Assembly (NCBI GenBank): GCA_963712115.1
Contig: CAVQGX010000055.1
Location: 1-64,000, forward strand
Direction: 5' to 3'
Length of the DNA stretch: 64,000 bases
Source of the DNA: an uncultured delta proteobacterium
Lineage (GTDB): Bacteria; Desulfobacterota; Syntrophobacteria; BM002
The notes under the pieces were generated by a model. It searched no databases. It had not been told where the DNA came from and saw nothing but the letters and a program-made list of their open reading frames with translations. Below are positions 30,310 through 40,878 of this stretch, piece after piece; positions within the stretch are counted from its first letter, which is position 1, and every line of letters begins with the position of its first letter. A program made the translations under genes and the position numbers.

Positions 30310-31614
30310 TCAGGCAACAGCCTCGGCCGCACTTTTAGGTGCATAGCGGTTCAAAATGGCAAAGAGTGCTATTGATAGCAGGGAAAGACCCAGGAATACC
30401 GCAAAGCCCTGCGAATAGCCTTCTACGCCAGACACTTTGACAAATAAACCCATTACAGGCGGTATGACAAAACCACCAAAGGCCCCCAGGCCTCCCACAA
30501 TCCCTGCAGACCCGCCAACCGTCTCGGGTGTGTACTTTGGTACCAACTTGAACACGCCGGCATTGGCAAACCCCATGCCAAGCGCAAGGAGCATCTCACC
30601 TGTAACTGCAAGAGCTAGGGACCCCGAGGCCAACATCATGGTGATTGCTCCACCAGTAACAACTACAAAGGAGAAGAACACCGTCTTCTCCCCACCAATC
30701 CGGTCTGCAGTGAAGCCGCCAAAGACCCTGAGTATGGAGGCAGATAAAGAATAGAGAGCGGTAAGTGAACCGGCCAGAACCAGGCTGGTGCCGAAATACT
30801 CCCGCCAATAAGTGGGGAACCAGACAGTGAGGGCGATAAATCCACCGAATGTTACAAAATAGAAGGAAGTCAATATCCAGGTTCGCCAACTGGAGCCGGC
30901 CTTTTTGAGAGAGTCGACGACTTTTCCCGATGGCATCAATTCCTCGCCACAGGCAATGAACAGAGCATCTTCGTCAATCTCGATTCCCATCTCTTTGTAT
31001 TGAAAATAGGGCGCATCTTTCATGTACAGCAAGAAAACAACAAGAAGACAGAGGAGCATACCGAGCCAGAGAACATAAGAAATGGCAAATCCCAGAGAAA
31101 CCACCAGAAAGGGCAGGGCCATAGCAAACATTCCCGGGGCCATGTTCCCCAACCCGGCATAGATGGCGAGGGCGGTGCCCTGCTTTTTCTGTGGGTACCA
31201 GTAGGATACCGTGGGAATGCCCACAGAAAAGACGGCAATACCACAGCCGCAAAGGATTCCCGCCATGAGGAACAGAGGGTAGTGAGATGGCTGGGGTGGG
31301 GAAAAAAGGCTGAACAACACCGTAATAGCTGTAATACCCGCCACGGCAAGGCCCAGAAGGATCAAAATGGGTTTCTTTCCCCCCATGCGATCTACCATGG
31401 CACCAAAGGGTATCCGTAACAACGAGCCGGAGAGCGCCGGGCTTGCCGCCAGTAGACCCATCAGCAAAGGACTCAGGGCCATAGTCTGTTTCAGCTTGGT
31501 GACGATGGGGCCGAAGGCAGATACGCCGGCAAAACCAGCAAAGAATGCTAAAGTAGTCCAAGTCAAAGCTGCACCTCGACTGGACTTAGCATAACAGACA
31601 GCTCCTTCATTCAT
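30310..31614 (-). CDS. narK: NarK-type nitrate/nitrite MFS transporter
   Basis: GSLLRIPFG, YAGLGN, YFVTFGGF, GIVGGLGAFGGF; downstream of narI. Confidence 0.85.
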   Translation of the reverse strand: MNEGAVCYAKSSRGAALTWTTLAFFAGFAGVSAFGPIVTKLKQTMALSPLLMGLLAASPALSGSLLRIPFGAMVDRMGGKKPILILLGLAVAGITAITVLFSLFSPPQPSHYPLFLMAGILCGCGIAVFSVGIPTVSYWYPQKKQGTALAIYAGLGNMAPGMFAMALPFLVVSLGFAISYVLWLGMLLCLLVVFLLYMKDAPYFQYKEMGIEIDEDALFIACGEELMPSGKVVDSLKKAGSSWRTWILTSFYFVTFGGFIALTVWFPTYWREYFGTSLVLAGSLTALYSLSASILRVFGGFTADRIGGEKTVFFSFVVVTGGAITMMLASGSLALAVTGEMLLALGMGFANAGVFKLVPKYTPETVGGSAGIVGGLGAFGGFVIPPVMGLFVKVSGVEGYSQGFAVFLGLSLLSIALFAILNRYAPKSAAEAVA

Positions 31615-31819
31615 AACCATCACCTCCTTCCCATAAGATATGTCCATCGGTTTTGGAGTACTGGAGTTTTGGAGTATTGGAGTGTTGGAAAAAGCTAAAA
31701 CCCCAAGATTCAATTCTAAAAAGTTTTTGCATTACTCCATTACTCCACCACTCCATTACTCCAGCTGACTCGTTTGCGAAAGCGGCTCTTCTGGGCCGAA
31801 TTCTTTACTTCTTTCCATG

Positions 31820-32503
31820 TCAAACATTTACTTCTCTGCGGCGAAATACGATCCATCTGCGGAAAAGATAAGTGAGCGGCACACTCCAAATGTGGACCAA
31901 GCGGCTGAAGGGCCAAAATCCTATTAGGGTCAGCACTGCGAGAATGTGAATCTTGAATCGTAAAGGCACTTCTAGCATCAGATTCGGATCTGGAGTCAGG
32001 GTGACGATTCCGCGGAGCCATGGGGCAACAGTGGCAAGAATGTCAAAGTGTTCGTACAATCCACCGACAACATTGGTAAATCCTGTGGCGACCACAAATA
32101 AAAGTAAACCCAGGGTGACAAAATCGTTTAGAGTTGTGGTAGCAAGTATTCGCTCTTTGGTGATTCGGCGATAGATCAACAGAGTGAGACCCAAAAGAGC
32201 CGCTGCTCCAACAAGAACCCCGCTATAGATAGCAAACACTGTGTGGGTCTGGCTATCGATACCCACCACATCCAAGTACCTCTGGGGAATGAGAAGCCCA
32301 ACCCCGTGCCCAAGCAGGGTGAAAATAATACCCCAGTGAAAAATTGTAACCGCGAACTTCAACCCCTTTTTTTCGAGAAGCTCGCTCGACCTCGTATTCC
32401 AGCCGTAGGGATCACTGATGTAACGGTATAGATGGCCAACCACAGAGGTAGAGAGCGCCAAGTAGGGGAAAACCAGAAATGCTAGCGTGTTCAAGGTGTT
32501 CAT
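31820..32503 (-). CDS. narI: Respiratory nitrate reductase gamma subunit
   Basis: FPYLA, WNTRSSELLE, FHWGI...GH, WPFSRLVH. Confidence 0.95.
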   Translation of the reverse strand: MNTLNTLAFLVFPYLALSTSVVGHLYRYISDPYGWNTRSSELLEKKGLKFAVTIFHWGIIFTLLGHGVGLLIPQRYLDVVGIDSQTHTVFAIYSGVLVGAAALLGLTLLIYRRITKERILATTTLNDFVTLGLLLFVVATGFTNVVGGLYEHFDILATVAPWLRGIVTLTPDPNLMLEVPLRFKIHILAVLTLIGFWPFSRLVHIWSVPLTYLFRRWIVFRRREVNV

Positions 32504-32507
32504 TTTC

Positions 32508-33038
32508 TTAGGCTCCGTTATTTTTTAACTCCCTGAAAATATCCAGAACGATCGAGAATATACCCGAATAGGAACTGTCTTTTTCTCCAAGGCGTAAACC
32601 GACGGCTTTTACTTGGTCGTAATACTGTCCAATAAATGAAAAACTGTTCGTAAGTCTATTTATGGACAGAAACTCCAACACTAACGGGAGATAGTCAGGC
32701 AGATCGTCATTGCAGCTTTCGTAGCCAGCTTTGCGGTAAAGGTAGTTTAACTCGGCGAGAGCATTTCCCCTTTCCCTGGCATCGCCCCACTTGTGGTAAG
32801 TGAGGTTGAGGCTGGTGGCGGGGTTAAGGTCGAAAGTGGCGGTGTACTCTTCCTGTAAACGGATCAGCGGGTTATTGCTCAGGAAGTTAAAAAAAATCAT
32901 ACACTTGTCTCGTTGCTCCACTTGAGGAATCTTTTCCACTGCTTCCTTCAACTCCTCAAGGGAGAGAATAAATTCATCGTCCGGATATTGAAGTAGTATC
33001 GATAGCACCTTCAGAAGAGATCGTTTTTCCTCGTTCAT
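32508..33038 (-). CDS. narJ: Nitrate reductase assembly chaperone
   Basis: LLQYP, LQEEYTATFD, RERG, LPDYLPLVLEF. Confidence 0.92.
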   Translation of the reverse strand: MNEEKRSLLKVLSILLQYPDDEFILSLEELKEAVEKIPQVEQRDKCMIFFNFLSNNPLIRLQEEYTATFDLNPATSLNLTYHKWGDARERGNALAELNYLYRKAGYESCNDDLPDYLPLVLEFLSINRLTNSFSFIGQYYDQVKAVGLRLGEKDSSYSGIFSIVLDIFRELKNNGA

Positions 33039-33198
33039 AACCACCACTAACTCCTCCTGCCACACAAGCAATAGCTGGGCTTAACATTGGATCTTTCGGT
33101 TGGCACTGCCCACCCAAATCTCAGATCACACATCCATCGACTACCCGCGTTTCGGAATTATCTACAAGTTCCCAGTTCTTTTCCTCGGTGCTTAGTGC

Positions 33199-34683
33199 TT
33201 AGTCCCTAGTGCCTAGCCTCTTCTGCCTGCTGCAATCTGCCCGCTGCCTGCTGGAAATTGCGCTATGCGGGTTGAATCCCGCAGCGCCCTGCTCGCGATA
33301 GAGATTTTTTTCCTTTTCCTTCTTAACCGTAGGAATGACAAAACGATCTTTGTATTTGGCGATGGCAAGCAATCGGTAAATCCCCTCTGCCATCTCTTCG
33401 GTCATTCCCACCTTCTCAAGAACGGTAGCATCTGCTTTGCCTTCCAGTCGCTTGGAGCGCATGTAGCTGCGAAGGGCCATAAGTCGACGCAAGGCCATGC
33501 GGACCGGCTCTTTATCCCCAGCAGTGAGAAGATTGGCAAGGTAGGTCAAGGGAATTCTCATCACCTCAGGGTCATGGACATCATCATCAGATTCCTCGAA
33601 AAACTGCACCAGGGGGCTCAAGGGAGGAATGTACCAGACCATGGGCAGGGTTCTGAATTCAGGATGGAGAGGAAAGGCCAATTGCCAGTCCACCGCCAGC
33701 TTGTAGACCGGAGAATGCTGGGCTGCTTCAATATAGCTCTGAGGTATTCCCTGAGAAATTGCTTCGGCAACAACTGCCGGGTCCTTGGGATTGAGGAAAA
33801 TACCAGTTTGTACTGGGTAAAGTTCTTTCTCGTCCTTGGTGGAGGCTGCCGTGGCAATCTGATCTGCATCGTAGAGAATCACACCGACATAGCGTATCTT
33901 ACCTACACAGGTCTCAGCACAGAGACTGGTCATTCCTGCTTCAATTCTTGGATAGCAGAAAATACATTTTTCGGATCTGCCGGTCTCCCAGTTGAAATAG
34001 ACCTTTTTGTATGGACAACCTGAGACACAATATCGCCACCCCCGGCATCTCTCCTGATCCACCAAGACAATTCCATCCTCCTCCCGTTTGTAGAGAGCAC
34101 CCGATGGACAGGAGGCCACACAGGCGGGATTAAGACAATGTTCGCAAAGACGGGGGAGGTAAAACATGAACACTTTTTTGAACTGCAGGTAAATCTGGTA
34201 GTCCAGGTTGTTGAAATTGACATCACCCGAGCCCGTTTCACTAACCCCGGCCAGATCATCCTCCCAGTTTGGTCCCCATTTGAGCCTTATGGGCTTGCCG
34301 GTGATCAGGGATTTCGGTTGGGTCGAGGGCTGATGCTTCTTCTGCGGAGTGGAAATTAACTTGTCATAGTCGTAGGTCCAGGGCTCGTAATACTCGTCAA
34401 TGGACGGGAGGTCAGGGTTGTGGAAAATTTTCAACAGCTTGCTCGGCGGACCGCCGGCACGGAGGCGAAGTTTTCCATCAATCTCCCACCCACCTTTGTG
34501 GATCGCCTGGTTCTCCCACTTCTTCGGGTAGCCGATTCCCGGTTTGGTCTCCACATTGTTAAACCAGATGTATTCGGCTCCAGACCTATTGGTCCAGACG
34601 TTCTTACAGGGAATGCTGCAGGTATGGCACCCGATACACTTGTCCAAATTCAAAACCATACCAATCTGGGCTTTAATCTTCAT
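33199..34683 (-). CDS. narH: Respiratory nitrate reductase beta subunit
   Basis: NLDKCIGCHTC, YLPRLCEHCLNPACVASCPSG, CRGWRYCVSGCPYKK. Confidence 0.97.
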   Translation of the reverse strand: MKIKAQIGMVLNLDKCIGCHTCSIPCKNVWTNRSGAEYIWFNNVETKPGIGYPKKWENQAIHKGGWEIDGKLRLRAGGPPSKLLKIFHNPDLPSIDEYYEPWTYDYDKLISTPQKKHQPSTQPKSLITGKPIRLKWGPNWEDDLAGVSETGSGDVNFNNLDYQIYLQFKKVFMFYLPRLCEHCLNPACVASCPSGALYKREEDGIVLVDQERCRGWRYCVSGCPYKKVYFNWETGRSEKCIFCYPRIEAGMTSLCAETCVGKIRYVGVILYDADQIATAASTKDEKELYPVQTGIFLNPKDPAVVAEAISQGIPQSYIEAAQHSPVYKLAVDWQLAFPLHPEFRTLPMVWYIPPLSPLVQFFEESDDDVHDPEVMRIPLTYLANLLTAGDKEPVRMALRRLMALRSYMRSKRLEGKADATVLEKVGMTEEMAEGIYRLLAIAKYKDRFVIPTVKKEKEKNLYREQGAAGFNPHSAISSRQRADCSRQKRLGTRD

Positions 34684-37600
34684 ACCAATCCACCCTTCCT
34701 GCCTTTCGGACCACGATAACTTCATCCCGTTGAGCGCCTGTTGGACCGTAATAGTTGAAGCCGTAACTCAGTTGAGCATATCCGCCGATCATTTGGGTTG
34801 GTTTCACCAAGATACGGGTAACACTGTTGTGAGTGCCGCCTCTCTTGCCGGAAAGCTGCGATCCGGGAGTGTTGATCATTCTCTCTTGGGCGTGGTACAT
34901 AAAAGCCTTTCCTCTGGGGATTCGGTGACTTACAACAGCCTTTGCCATTACTACCCCATTTACATTGAAGCACTCGAGCCAATCGTTGTCTTTGACTCCA
35001 ATGGAGGAGGCATCCTCGTCATTAATCCAGATAGCCTCACCTCCGCGGAAGAGGGTCAGCATTATGAGGGTATCGGAATAGGTGCTATGAATGGACCACT
35101 TAGAATGGGGGGTGAGGTAGTTCAAGACAATTTCCTTGGCCTCACTGCGAGTAATGTCGGTGGAACCCAGGGCCTGCATGTCCAGAGGTGGCCGGAACAC
35201 CGGCAGTCCCTCGCCAAAAGCCAGCATCCACTCGTGGTCCTGGTAGAATTGAGCCCGGCCGGTGAGGGTGCGGAAGGGAACCTTCTCCTCTATGTTGATC
35301 ACGAAGGCAGAATACATCCGGTCTTCGGACTCGATACCACTCCAGATCGGGCTGGTAATGATCTTGCGCGGTTGTCCATCAAGATCGGCGAAACTCATCT
35401 TTTCCCCTTTTCTATCGATACTCAAATGCGCCAGCTGCAGTCCGGTCTTCTTCTCCAGGCTCTCCCATGCCTTTACTGCTGTGTTTCCATTGGTCTCCGG
35501 CGCCAAGGCAAGAATGGCTTCGGCCACTTGCTTGCCTGTCAGCAGTTCCGGCATCCCCTGGGTAACTCCAGGGTTTGAGACCGTTCCAAGCTTTTCCCTT
35601 AGTTCCTCGTATTCTACGTCTGCTTTCCAGAAAATACCCTTGGAGCCAATTCCCGCACTGGCGACTAACGGCCCCAGGGCTGTCATCATTTTGTAGGTAT
35701 TTGGGTAATCTCGGGTTACCACTGTGAGATTTGGCAAAGTCTTTCCAGGTATTGGCTCTACCTCGCCTTTCTTCCAGTCTCTAACTGTCGGTTGGGCAAT
35801 CTCACCAGGTGAGTCGTGGAGTAGGGGAGTGGCAACCAAATCTTTCTCTTCACCTAGATGTTTCGCCGCGAGCTCCGAGAATTTCTCAGCAATGGCTTTG
35901 AACTGATCCCAGTTTGTCCTGCTCTCCCAGGGAGGATCTATGGCAGGATTAAAGGGATGGATAAATGAATGTAGATCCGTGGTACTTAGATCGTGCATCT
36001 CGTACCAAGAGGCTGCGGGTAGGGCAACATCTGCGTACAGGGCACTGGTGGACATCCGGAGCTCTAAGGTGACCAGGAGATCGAGCTTGCCTTCGGGGGC
36101 AGGATCCCTCCACAGAACCTCCTCTGTCTTTTTGTCACCCTCTCGATTTAGCACCGCGTGGTCCGTTCCCAGAAGGTGCTTGAGGAAGTACTCATGCCCC
36201 TTGCCGCTCGCACCCAGCAGATTTGCCCGCCAAAGGAAAAGAAGGCGAGGCCAATTTTCCGGACTGTCCGGGTCTTCCAGGGCAAATTTGACTTCTCCTT
36301 TCTTAAGTTTCTCCACCACGTAAGAGATTATCTCTTCATCCGAGCTTGCTCCATTTTCCACGGCTTCTTTGCACAGTTGCAGTGGATTCCGATTGAACTG
36401 TGGATAGGAGGGCAGCCAGCCGAGCCTGGCGGCAATTACGTTATAGTCAGCCAAGTGTTTGTCTACCCAGTTATCGGCCAAGGGTGAGGCTATGTGGCTA
36501 GCGTCAAAGGTCTCGTAGCGGTATTGGTCAGTGGCAAAATAGTAAAAGGAGGTGCCATTCTGCTGTCTCGGCGGCCTGCGCCAATCCAAGCCAAAGGCGA
36601 TGGCAGCCCAGGATGCCTGGGGACGAAGCTTTTCCTGACCAACGTAGTGGGCCCAACCGCCACCGTTCACCCCCTGGCAGCCACAGAGGGTTGTGAGGTT
36701 CAGAATAGCTCGATAGGTCATATCGTTGTGGTACCAGTGATTGGTGCCGGCACCCAGGAAGATCAGGGACTTTCCCTTGGTCTTGTCGGCATTCTGGGCA
36801 AATTCTCGAGCCACCCGGATAACGTCAGCTTTGGGAACTCCGGTTATCGATTCCTGCCAAGCGGGGGTGTATGGTTTCAACTCGTCATAGTCCTTGGCAA
36901 CCTCTCCTCCCTGCTGCCTGTCGACCCCAAGGTTGGCAGCCATGAGATCAAAGACCGTGGTAACCGTGATCTCCTCGCCGTCCCGCCTTATTTTTTTCAC
37001 CGGGACTTTGCCGATCCTTACCCTTGCACCCTGGAAATCAAAAAAGGGAAAGGCAACGGCAATCCAGCCATCATTTTCCTCAGCAAAGCTCAAGAGCGGG
37101 TCCACCGATTCCCCGCTCACCGAATCAAGCTGGTGAAGATTCCACCGTCCTTCCTCGTTCCAGCGGAAACCTATGCTGCCGTTGGGCACTACAAAACTCT
37201 TGCTGTTGATGTCGTAGTAGAGAGTTTTCCAATCTCCGTTGTTCTGGTCAAAACCGAGATCTGAGGCTCTTAAAAACCGCTCAGAAACGTAATGGTCATC
37301 TTTTGCTTTTAAAACCACGGCAAAGGGAAGGTCGGTATAAGCCTTCGCATAGGAAGTGAAATACTCGGACGGCCGCCCGAGATAGAATTCCTTGAAGATG
37401 ACAAAGGTCATTGCCATGGCCAGGGCGGTGTCGGTCCCCGCCTTCGCCGGTAGCCAAGTGTCGGCAAATTTCACATATTCAGCGTAGTCCGGTGCTACTG
37501 CTGTAACCCTCGCCCCCCGGTAGCGTGCCTCGGTAAAGAAATGGGCGTCGGGGGTTCGGGTCATGGGCAGGTTGCTCCCCCAGACTATCATGTAACTGGA

Positions 37601-38356
37601 CTCATACCAGTCAGCGCTTTCTGGAACATCCGTCTGTTCGCCCCAGATTTGGGGAGAGGCAGGGGGCAGATCGCAGTACCAGTCGTAGAAACTAATTAAA
37701 GAACCGCCTATGAGAGAGAGAAAGCGTGCGCCCGAAGCGTAGCAGACCATGGACATGGCGGGGATGGGGGTAAAGCCGAATATTCTTTCTGGTCCGTATT
37801 TCTTTATCGTATAAATTGTGGATGCCGCTATGAGAGTGGCAGCTTCATCCCAGGAAACACGGACAAATCCACCTTTGCCCCTGGCCCGCTGGTACATTTT
37901 CCTTTTTTCTTCATCCTCCACAATGGTCTGCCAGGCAGCCACCGGATCACCCTCGGAATTGACTTGATCTCGCCACATTTCCAATAGCACCGAGCGAATG
38001 TATGGGTATTTCAGTCGAACCGGGCTGTAAGTGTACCAGGAGAAAGTGGCTCCCCGAGGGCAGCCCCGAGGCTCGTGGTCGGGCAGATTGGGTCCGCAGC
38101 TTGGATAGTCGCCTCTTTGGGTCTCCCAAACTATGATGCCATCCTTGACGTAAACATCCCAGGAACATGAGCCTGTGCAGTTGACCCCGTGGGTAGAACG
38201 GACCTTCTTGTCATACTGCCATCTTTTTCGGTAGAAATTCTCCCAATCCCGCTCGCCACAGCGAACCTCAGCCCAACCCCCTGCAAGGGCTTCCTTTTCG
38301 CAGCTCTCACGAGGTCGAAGGAAGCGAAGAGAGGACAGAAGGTTTCTCTTTGCCAT
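34673..38356 (-). CDS. narG: Respiratory nitrate reductase alpha subunit (cytoplasm-facing, no Tat signal)
   Basis: STHGVNCTGSCSW, PRGCPRG, YDWYCDLPP, TPHSKWSIHSTY, GFNYYGPTG. Confidence 0.97.
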   Translation of the reverse strand: MAKRNLLSSLRFLRPRESCEKEALAGGWAEVRCGERDWENFYRKRWQYDKKVRSTHGVNCTGSCSWDVYVKDGIIVWETQRGDYPSCGPNLPDHEPRGCPRGATFSWYTYSPVRLKYPYIRSVLLEMWRDQVNSEGDPVAAWQTIVEDEEKRKMYQRARGKGGFVRVSWDEAATLIAASTIYTIKKYGPERIFGFTPIPAMSMVCYASGARFLSLIGGSLISFYDWYCDLPPASPQIWGEQTDVPESADWYESSYMIVWGSNLPMTRTPDAHFFTEARYRGARVTAVAPDYAEYVKFADTWLPAKAGTDTALAMAMTFVIFKEFYLGRPSEYFTSYAKAYTDLPFAVVLKAKDDHYVSERFLRASDLGFDQNNGDWKTLYYDINSKSFVVPNGSIGFRWNEEGRWNLHQLDSVSGESVDPLLSFAEENDGWIAVAFPFFDFQGARVRIGKVPVKKIRRDGEEITVTTVFDLMAANLGVDRQQGGEVAKDYDELKPYTPAWQESITGVPKADVIRVAREFAQNADKTKGKSLIFLGAGTNHWYHNDMTYRAILNLTTLCGCQGVNGGGWAHYVGQEKLRPQASWAAIAFGLDWRRPPRQQNGTSFYYFATDQYRYETFDASHIASPLADNWVDKHLADYNVIAARLGWLPSYPQFNRNPLQLCKEAVENGASSDEEIISYVVEKLKKGEVKFALEDPDSPENWPRLLFLWRANLLGASGKGHEYFLKHLLGTDHAVLNREGDKKTEEVLWRDPAPEGKLDLLVTLELRMSTSALYADVALPAASWYEMHDLSTTDLHSFIHPFNPAIDPPWESRTNWDQFKAIAEKFSELAAKHLGEEKDLVATPLLHDSPGEIAQPTVRDWKKGEVEPIPGKTLPNLTVVTRDYPNTYKMMTALGPLVASAGIGSKGIFWKADVEYEELREKLGTVSNPGVTQGMPELLTGKQVAEAILALAPETNGNTAVKAWESLEKKTGLQLAHLSIDRKGEKMSFADLDGQPRKIITSPIWSGIESEDRMYSAFVINIEEKVPFRTLTGRAQFYQDHEWMLAFGEGLPVFRPPLDMQALGSTDITRSEAKEIVLNYLTPHSKWSIHSTYSDTLIMLTLFRGGEAIWINDEDASSIGVKDNDWLECFNVNGVVMAKAVVSHRIPRGKAFMYHAQERMINTPGSQLSGKRGGTHNSVTRILVKPTQMIGGYAQLSYGFNYYGPTGAQRDEVIVVRKAGRVDWYED

Positions 38357-38595
38357 GGGTTTCCTCCATGTATGAGAATATTGATGAAGTCTTGAGACGT
38401 TTAGTAGATACTAGTTTTCAGTGGTTCAACTCTTTGAGTCTGGCTTGCATGCCTAGCAAATAGAAGGGGTTTATTTTGCTGTTACTTTGTCTCCGTTTTT
38501 CGATTGGTCATAGTGTGCTTTTGGAAAAGACCCTTTACTAATGAGTTAGAAGCAAATGGGCTATGCTGGCTAGCGGGGTAGGTTTTGTAAAGGGC

Positions 38596-38791
38596 TTACT
38601 CTTGCCAGTGGATAGCTTGCATCGGACAAGAGTCGATCGCCTCTTGAATGAGATCCTTCGGGACCTCCTTCCGGTTTGATTACTTCTGACTTGCCTTCTT
38701 CCTCATTGAGCCGGAAAACCTCAGGACAAATTCCCTCGCAGGTTCCACAGCCGATGCAACTGTCTTCATCTATGTAAACCTTCAGCGCCAC
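38596..38791 (-). CDS. Single-cluster ferredoxin (64 aa) with apparent +1 frameshift at ~38655-38658
   Basis: CIGCGTCEGICP. Removing one base gives ...GGPEDLIQEAIDSCPMQAIHWQE*, restoring the distal Cys-Pro. Confidence 0.8.
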
Positions 38792-39133
38792 TTTCCTTAT
38801 GTCCTCCTTGTTAACCAAATCATGATCCTGCATCCACTTTGCCAGCTATGAAGCCATAAAATCCGAATCTCTAAATTCGAAACCCTAAACAAATCCGAAA
38901 TTCAAATATCAAATGTTCAAAACAGGAAAGGCCTGGGAAAACAACCGTCAAAAGCCATTTGAAGCAGTGTCCTCAGTTGGTCGCGCAATTAATTAGTCGT
39001 TTTGGATTTTGAATTTCCGTCATTTGAATTTGTTTAGTGCTTGGTGCTTCGAATTTAGGATTTATCAGCTTATGCTGTCATTTCAGATAAGGGGAGGGGG
39101 CCAGCCCCTCCCACCATGACTAAGCCAACTAGT

Positions 39134-40768
39134 TTACCCTAATATCGCCTTGAGGTCCTGGTCCGGCGTGGTAATGGGCTTGATATCAAAGGTCTTCACC
39201 AGAGTATCGAGCACAGCAGGCGACAGAAAAGCCGGCAGTGATGGACCAAGGCGAATGTTCTTGATTCCCAAATGCAGGAGGCTCAAGAGGATGGCCGCTG
39301 CTTTTTGCTCATACCAGGAGCAGATTATTGAGAGCGGCAGGTCGTTTACTCCCACATTGAAGACATTTGCTAGGGCCACGGCGATCTGGATTGCCGAATG
39401 GGCGTCGTTGCACTGACCAATGTCCAGCAACCTTGGGATTCCGCCGATATCCCCCAGATCCTTGTCGAAAAAGCGAAACTTGCCACAAGCAAAAGTCAAC
39501 ACCATGCAGTCCTGGGGAACCTTCTCGACAAACTCGGTGTAATAGTTGCGACCGGGCTTGGCCCCATCACAGCCTGCCACCACAAAGAAATGTCGGATGG
39601 CTTTGCCCTTTACTGCCTCGACGACCTTGTCAGCAACACCCAAAACGGTATTTCTGCCGAAACCTGCCATTACTTCGCGGCCGTTTTGATCCTCTTGAAA
39701 GCCTGGCATTGCCAGTGCTCTGTCGATGACCGGCTTGAAGTTCCGATCCGAGATATGGGAAATTCCCGGCCAGCCCACCAGACCACAGGTAAAAAGGTTA
39801 TTCCTGTAGTCCTCCTTGGGTCTCTGAATGCAGTTTGTGGTCATAAGGATAGCGCCGGGGAAGTTGACAAACTCTCTTATCTGGTTCTGCCAGGCCGTAC
39901 CATAGTGGCCGTAGAAATGCTCATATTTCTTGAGCTCCGGGTAGGCGTGGGTGGGAAGCATCTCCCCATGAGTGTAGACGTAAATTCCCTTTCCCTGGCT
40001 CTGCTTCAAGAGCTCTTCTATATCCTTCAGGTCATGACCCGAGACCAATATGGCTTTGCCTTTCTTGTGGCCCAAGGGTACCTTGGTTGGTACCGGATGG
40101 CCGTATGTACCTGTGTTTCCAGCGTCCAGTAGCTCCATGGCCCTCAGGTTGATTTCTCCACATTTCAAAGCCAGGCCAACCCAATCGTTGAGGCTCAAAT
40201 CATCCCTCTGAATGGCTGCCAAACCCTCGTGAATGAAACTGTAGACAGCATCATCCTCCTGCCCTAGGATGGCGGCATGATCCGCATAAGCACAGACGCC
40301 CTTGAGGCCAAATAGCAGCGTGTGTTTCAGAGAAAGAATATTGGGGTCGTCGCCAGGATAAGACTTGAGGCCCACTGCCTCCCCCTGCTGAACCAATTCA
40401 TCAAAATTGGTTGCCGGCCTGAAAGTGGCAGGTCCTTCGGCAAAATCCACTTTTCCTCCTGCTGACTTGACCTTGCCTTTGAGTTGCTCGCGCTTTTCTA
40501 CGGTTTGGTTGATCAACCCTACAAAGCGATCAGAGTCAAAATTTACATTGGTCAGGGTGGAAAACATGGATTTAACCGTAAAAACATTTAAATCCCGGTC
40601 ATTAACACCCACCCTGCGTCCCTCGGTGGCATATTGGGATAATCCCATGAGGGCATAAATCAGTAGATCTTGAAGGGCAGCAACCTCGGGTTCCTTTCCG
40701 CAAACCCCCAGTTTTGTGCACCCTTCGCCTTTTGCCGTTTGCTCACATTGGTAACAAAACATCAACAT
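39134..40768 (-). CDS. hcp: Hybrid cluster protein (NO/hydroxylamine reductase)
   Basis: MFCYQCEQT..GCT..GVCGK, SGHDL, YTHGEMLP, GQCNDA, SWYEQKA. Confidence 0.97.
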   Translation of the reverse strand: MLMFCYQCEQTAKGEGCTKLGVCGKEPEVAALQDLLIYALMGLSQYATEGRRVGVNDRDLNVFTVKSMFSTLTNVNFDSDRFVGLINQTVEKREQLKGKVKSAGGKVDFAEGPATFRPATNFDELVQQGEAVGLKSYPGDDPNILSLKHTLLFGLKGVCAYADHAAILGQEDDAVYSFIHEGLAAIQRDDLSLNDWVGLALKCGEINLRAMELLDAGNTGTYGHPVPTKVPLGHKKGKAILVSGHDLKDIEELLKQSQGKGIYVYTHGEMLPTHAYPELKKYEHFYGHYGTAWQNQIREFVNFPGAILMTTNCIQRPKEDYRNNLFTCGLVGWPGISHISDRNFKPVIDRALAMPGFQEDQNGREVMAGFGRNTVLGVADKVVEAVKGKAIRHFFVVAGCDGAKPGRNYYTEFVEKVPQDCMVLTFACGKFRFFDKDLGDIGGIPRLLDIGQCNDAHSAIQIAVALANVFNVGVNDLPLSIICSWYEQKAAAILLSLLHLGIKNIRLGPSLPAFLSPAVLDTLVKTFDIKPITTPDQDLKAILG

Positions 40769-40864
40769 CCTCCTTTTCTAAAGCTGAACTAATTTCACCC
40801 AACAGTTTTTTTTCTATTTTAGGTTTATTGATTGTAACCGTAATAAATCACATCGTCACCGGCA

Positions 40865-40878
40865 TTGACTTAAGTCAA
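40865..40878. promoter_or_regulatory. Crp/Fnr-family (HcpR-like) operator
   Basis: Perfect palindrome TTGAC-TTAA-GTCAA about 100 nt upstream of hcp. Confidence 0.7.

Noticed and set aside
34673-38356. Nitrite oxidoreductase or periplasmic Nar
   Set aside because: No Tat signal, and a canonical narGHJI plus narK arrangement.
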